This document shows, one piece after another, positions 59,212 to 64,000 of a DNA stretch of 64,000 bases. The notes under the pieces were generated by a model. The model made no database searches, was not told the origin of the DNA, and saw nothing but the letters and a program-made list of their open reading frames with translations. Position numbers and translations under genes: made by a program. Position 1 is the first letter of the stretch, and each line of letters opens with the position of its first letter. Location: assembly GCA_963825905.1 (NCBI GenBank), contig CAWGUL010000007.1, forward strand, positions 530,015 to 594,014, given 5' to 3'. This DNA comes from an uncultured Chloroflexia bacterium (lineage in GTDB: Bacteria; Chloroflexota; Limnocylindria; QHBO01).

Positions 59212-62200
59212 CTACGGCGCGGCGGGGCTCGATCGCAGCTCGACCGAGATCGTCATCCCGGCGGCGCGGCGCAGCGCCTCCGGCAGCCGCTCATCCCATG
59301 CCACGCGCTCGGGAAGCTTCACCTGCCACGTGGCGCCGGGCACGCCGATCACCACCGGCAGCGGCCCGGGCCGGCCACGGATCGCGCCCTGGATCGCCTC
59401 GAGCGCAGCGTAGATGCGGTCCGCCGGCGTGCCGTCCTCGAACCCGACCTCCACCGTGCCCTCGACCCCCACCGCTGCGGACTGGATCGGGACCGCGTCC
59501 GTCGGCGCCGCCGCGTCGTCGACCTCCGGAGCCGACGTGACCACCGCGAGCGCCGGATCGTCGCGCCGCGAGCGCTGACCCGACGGCTGCCGGCACTGCC
59601 ACGGGAACCTCGACCGGCACCGCCACCGGCGGCTCCGGCTGCACCGGCACCGCACCCCGCGGCGACCCGCCGTTCCCGTTGCCGTTCCCACCGCCGCTCC
59701 CCCACGACCCGCGGTTCGCTCGCGCCCGCTGCATGCGGTCCCGCTCCGCGCCGAAGCGCGACCGGGCCCATGCGCACCGCGTCGTCCCACGCCCAGACGG
59801 CCTCGCACAGCAGCTGGGCCGACTCGTCGCGGTGGTCGACGCGGCCGGAGACGAGGACGACCGAGTCATCGGTCCATGCGGGCGCGGTCTGCTCGAACAC
59901 CTTCGGGAAGACGACGACCTCCACCGCGCCCTGGAGATCCTCGACGGTCGCGACGAGCATCGTCGAGCCGGCGCGGGTGACGACCCGGCGCGAGGACTGG
60001 ATGATGCCGCCGAGGGTGACGCGCGCCTGATCCGACTCCTCGGCCAGCTCGCCGGTGTACGCGGTCACGTACTCCGGCAGCACGTCGGCGATGTCGCCCG
60101 AGCGGGTGCTCCGACAGGTACAGGCCGATGAGCTCCTTCTCCCAGCGCAGCCGCTCCCGGCGCGGGATCTCCTCGCCGCCGTCCAGGAATCGGACCGATG
60201 CGTCCGCGGGCGCGGCGAACAGGTCGAACAGGGTCGACTGGCCGGCGGCAACGTCGCGCTGGTGGCGCTGCCCGTTCTCGAGCGCGCCGTCGAGCACGTC
60301 GAGCAGCGCGCTCGCCGTCCCGAGCGAGGCCATCGCGTTCGCCTTGACGAGCGACTCGGCCACGCGCTTGTTGACCGTGCGCAGGTCGACACGGCGGCAG
60401 AAGTCATCGAGCGAGACGAACGGGCCAGGCTCGTCGCCGGCATCCCGCACGCTCGTGATCGCCTCGATCGCGCCCTCGCCGATGTTCTTGATCGCCGCCA
60501 GGCCGAAGCGAATCGCCTCGGGGGCGCCGCCGGCATCGGTCTCGACGGTGAAGGGCGCGTGCGACTTCTGGACGTCCGGCGGGCGCACCTCGATCCCCAG
60601 TCGCCGGCACTCGGCGATGACCGCGGCCACCTTCTCCGCCCGCTCGCGGAAGCCGTTGAGGACGGCGGTCATGAACTCGATCGGGTAGTTCGCCTTCAGG
60701 TACGCGGTCTGGTAGGCGATGAGCCCGTAGCAGGTGGCGTGCGCCTTGTTGAACCCATAGCGCGCGAACGGCTCGAAGGCGGCGAACACCTGGTCGACGA
60801 TGCCCGGCGGGATGCCCTTCCGCTTCGCGCCGGCCTTGAACTTCGCCTCGTGCTGGCGGAGGACGTCCTCCTTCTTCTTCCGGATCGCGTAGCAGAGGTT
60901 GTCCGCCTCCGGGCCGGTGTAGTCGGCCATCGCGATGGCCGCCGTCATGATGTCCTCCTGGTACACGAAGATGCCATACGTGTCGCGGAGGGCCGGCTCG
61001 AGCGACGGGTGGAGGTACGTGACCGCCTCCTCGCCATGCTTGCGGCGGATGTAGGCCGGGATGTTGGCCATCGGTCCGGGGCGGAAGAGGGCCACCATGG
61101 CGGCGAGGTCGCGCACCTCGGTCGGCTTCAGCTCCTTGACGTAGCGGCGCATCCCGGAGCCCTCGAGCTGGAAGATGCCAGTCGTCTCGCCCGTCGAGAG
61201 GAGCTGGAACGTCTTCGCGTCGTCGAGCGGGAGCGTGTCGACGTCCAGCTCCACGCCGCGGTGCTTCTTCACCAGCTCGACCGCATCGGCCAGGATCGTG
61301 AGGTTGATGAGGCCCAGGAAGTCGAACTTCAGCAGGCCCAGCGCCTCGCAGGCATGCATCTCGAACTGGGTCATCGTCGTCCGGCCGTCGGTCGCGCGTT
61401 GAAGCGGCATGATCTCGGTCAGCGGCTCTCGGGAGATGACGATCCCGGCGGCGTGGGTCGATGCGTGCCGCGACACGCCCTCGAGCTGCTTCGCGATCCC
61501 GATGAGCTTGTCGACCCGCTCGTCGCCGGCCATCATCTCGCGCAGCGGCGGCGAGTTGTCGACGGCTCGCTCGAGCGAGATGTTGAGCTCGTTCGGCACC
61601 GCCTTCGCGACCCGGTCCGCCTCCGCGTAGGTCAGCCCCATCGCGCGGCCGACGTCCCGGATCGCCGCCTTGGCGCCCAGCGTCCCGAACGTGATGATCT
61701 GCGCCACCCGGTCGTCGCCGTATTTGCGCGTGACGTACTCGATCACCTCGTCACGCCGCGAATCCTGGAAGTCGATGTCGATGTCGGGCATCGTCACCCG
61801 GTCCGGGTTGAGGAAGCGCTCGAACGGCAGCCCGTAGGCGAGCGGGTCGACCGGCGTGATGCCGAGCGAATATGTGACGATCGAGCCCGGTGCGCTGCCG
61901 CGGCAGGTCGTCATGATCCCCCGCTCGCGGGCGAAGCGGATGAAGTCGGCCACGATGAGAAAGTAGCCCGAGTACCCCATCCGGCCGATGATCCCGAGCT
62001 CGTACTCGAGGCGGTGGCGGACCTCATCGGTGACGGTCGGATAGCGGTCCGCGATCCCGCGCTCGCACTCCGAGCGCAGCCACGACTCGGCGGTCTCGCC
62101 GGCCGGCACCGGGAAGTGCGGCAGGCGGAGCCCGGTGTAATCGAGGCGCACGTCGCACATCTCGGCGACGCGGAGCGTGTTGTCCATCGCGTCGGGCAGC

Positions 62201-63004
62201 TCGCCGTTGAAGAGGCGTCGCATCTCGGCCGCTGACTTCAGGTAGAACTCGTTCGCCTCGAAGCGCATCCGGCCCGGGCGTGTCGACGTTGCTCGCGGTC
62301 TGGATGCAGACGAGCAGGTCGTGCGCCTCGTACTGGTCGGGCGACGTGTAATGCGTGTCGTTCGTGGCCAGGAGCGGGATGTTCTGCTCGCGCGCCAGCT
62401 CGACGAGCTGCGGGTGGAGGCGGCGCTGGTCCGCGATCCCGTGCTCCTGGACCTCGATGAAGAAGTTGCCGTCGCCCAAAATGGACCGATAGCTGTCGGC
62501 GGCTTCCGCCGCTCCCCGCTCGTCGCCCTGCGCCAGCCGCTTGAGCACCTCGCCGCCGAGGCACGCTGACGTCCCGATCAGCCCGGCGCTGTGGCGGCTC
62601 AGCAGGTCCTTGTCGATGCGCGGCTTGTAGTAGTAGCCGTCGAGGTGCGCGGCGGTGGTCAGGGCCAGGAGGTTGCGATAGCCGACGTCGTCCTTCGCCA
62701 GCAGGATCATGTGGTGGTAGTCGGCGTCCTGCTTCCCCTCCTTGTCGGCCATGCCGCGCGGCGCGACATACGCCTCGAGGCCGATGATCGGCTTGATCCC
62801 GGCCGCCTTCGCCGCCGCGTAGAACGGGATGACCCCGTACATGCTGCCGTGGTCGGTGAGCGCGAGCGCCGGCATCCCGTGGTCGGCGACGCGGCGCGTC
62901 ATCTCCGGGATACGGGACAGGCCGTCGAGGAGGCTGAACTCCGAGTGGACGTGGAGGTGGACGAAGTCGCCGCTGGGGCTCGGGTCCGGGGGCCGCTGGG
63001 TCAC
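59212..63004 (-). pseudogene. dnaE: DNA polymerase III alpha subunit (DnaE1), at least four frameshifts
   Basis: PHP domain from the GTG at 63004 (FVHLHVHSEFSLLDG) in 62024..63004. The polymerase core is in 59866..62268. The OB region (TMLVATVEDLQGAVEVVVFP) is in the frame of 59349..60536. The tail, spread over two more frames, ends at 59212. Confidence 0.9.
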
Positions 63005-63115
63005 CCGGGTGATGTTGCCAGAATGCAGGTGCCTCGGCTCCGAGATCGGGGCTGCGTGGCGCGCGTCGTGCGTTGCGCCGATGACATTCCGGCCGTCGGC
63101 CGGTCAGACCGTCGA

Positions 63116-63703
63116 ATGCCAGCAGACCAGGAGACCCGCGTGCGCAAGGTCGTGCTCTACACCCTCATGTCGCTCGACGGTGCCGTCGACCGGCCCGATC
63201 AGTACTTCCCGGCGGATCCGGGGTCGGACAGCCCGATGGCATTCGACCCGGTCATGGTCGAGAACGAGAACCGCGTGATCGAATCGCAGGACGCGGTGCT
63301 GCTCGGCCGGCGCATGTACGACGAGTGGTCGCGCTACTGGCCGACGAGCAACGAGCAGCCATTCGCCGATTTCATCAACGGCGTGAAGAAGCACGTCGTC
63401 ACCTCGTCGCCGCTGACGAGCGAGTGGCAGAACGCCGAGGCGGTCGGCGGACCGATCGAGGAGCTCGTCCCCGACCTGAAGGCGCGGCCGGGCGGCGACA
63501 TCGGGGTGCACGGCAGCATCCAGCTCGCCCAGTCGATGCTCGCGGCAGGGCTCGTCGACGAGCTGCACCTCGTCGTCGGGCCGGTCGTCGGCTTTCCGGG
63601 TCGCCGGCTCTTCGACGCGGCGACATCGGTCCGACGGCTCAGCCTGCTCGAGGCGACGCCGACCCCGAGCGGCAGCGTGCTCCTGAGCTATCGCCTCGCC
63701 TGA
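63116..63703 (+). CDS. dihydrofolate-reductase-like (RibD C-terminal domain) family protein
   Basis: ATG at 63116. VVLYTLMSLDGAV...GRRMYDEW...HGSIQLAQSML...DELHLVV is typical of the RibD_C/DHFR-like family. Confidence 0.75.
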   Translation: MPADQETRVRKVVLYTLMSLDGAVDRPDQYFPADPGSDSPMAFDPVMVENENRVIESQDAVLLGRRMYDEWSRYWPTSNEQPFADFINGVKKHVVTSSPLTSEWQNAEAVGGPIEELVPDLKARPGGDIGVHGSIQLAQSMLAAGLVDELHLVVGPVVGFPGRRLFDAATSVRRLSLLEATPTPSGSVLLSYRLA

Positions 63704-63707
63704 GGCG

Positions 63708-64000
63708 TCAGCCGCCGGCGCCGTCCTCCGTGCTCGCGTCCGGCTTGGGCGCGACAGCGCCGTCGGGCCATGCCGCGATGCAGACCTTGTTGCCCGACCG
63801 ATCGGCAAGGATCCACGCGCCGGGTGCATTCGAGTCGTCCACGATGCGCCCGCCCGCCGCCACCGCCGCCCGGAGGCGCGTCTCGGCCTGGTCGTGGGCG
63901 ACCGACACGTCGACGTGCATCGCGTGGCGCAGCGGCTTCGCCGGATCCAGGTCCTGCATCCAGACCGTGGAGCCCTGGCCGAGCGGGTCGATGCAGTTGT
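63708..64000 (-). CDS. glyoxalase/VOC-family protein, 5-prime end outside the window
   Basis: C-terminal HAMHVDVSV...GAWILADRSGNKVCI resembles a VOC fold. The frame stays open to the window edge. Confidence 0.5.
   Translation of the reverse strand, partial: NCIDPLGQGSTVWMQDLDPAKPLRHAMHVDVSVAHDQAETRLRAAVAAGGRIVDDSNAPGAWILADRSGNKVCIAAWPDGAVAPKPDASTEDGAGG

Noticed and set aside
60055-62235. 726-aa plus-strand ORF opposite dnaE. Similar long antisense ORFs occur at 22745..24322, 15845..17221, 18324..19823, 42580..43821, 43310..44689 and 24829..26157.
   Set aside because: All are antisense to strongly supported genes and show the same Arg/Ala/Gly/Pro bias. I treat them as non-coding.
5873-63004. 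Reading the many frame breaks as programmed ribosomal frameshifting or genome-wide pseudogenisation
   Set aside because: The breaks hit many unrelated and essential genes, with no shared slippery motif that I could see. Several occur as nearby compensating pairs. Assembly indels are the simpler explanation.
1-64000. CRISPR arrays, rRNA genes, tmRNA, RNase P RNA, SRP RNA, integrases, phage structural genes
   Set aside because: I saw no regularly spaced direct repeats and none of the hallmark motifs of these RNAs or proteins on either strand. A covariance-model scan would be needed to exclude small RNAs formally.

Overview
This is a very GC-rich chromosomal segment from a Gram-positive-type bacterium. 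The gene content looks actinobacterial or Chloroflexi-like (rapZ-yvcK-whiA, ECF sigma/anti-sigma pair, LCP protein, TadE/TadG-like pilins). GC content was judged by eye, not computed.

Most of the window is housekeeping:
- nine tRNAs
- secG, secD, secF, tatA, tatC
- tpiA, gpmI, pyrF, coaE
- a dense set of DNA repair and replication genes: uvrA, uvrB, uvrC, polA, dnaE, recJ, mutM, a UDG-superfamily gene, a short UvrD-like helicase and a NUDIX gene

About twenty genes, including essential ones, continue in a different reading frame part-way through. I read this as indel error in the assembly, not real pseudogenisation. I list those genes as whole-gene spans typed 'pseudogene'.

Accessory material:
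- a secreted-protease islet (3.3-5.9 kb) containing an S1 protease interrupted by one in-frame TGA
- an orphan tadE-tadG-cpaB trio (36.8-40.3 kb)
- a tRNA-Leu(CAA)-linked, visibly less GC-rich block of unknown genes (46.6-51.3 kb)
- a small Zn-ribbon / CN-hydrolase / HTH-nuclease neighbourhood (51.4-54.3 kb)

I found no CRISPR array, no integrase or transposase, and no convincingly novel multi-gene system. The best-supported sequence-level signals are:
- TAGAAT-type -10 hexamers lying 6-9 nt upstream of start codons, which suggests leaderless mRNAs
- a GAAC-N4-GTTC SOS-type box at uvrA only
- the decayed tRNA-linked islet
- the opal-interrupted protease
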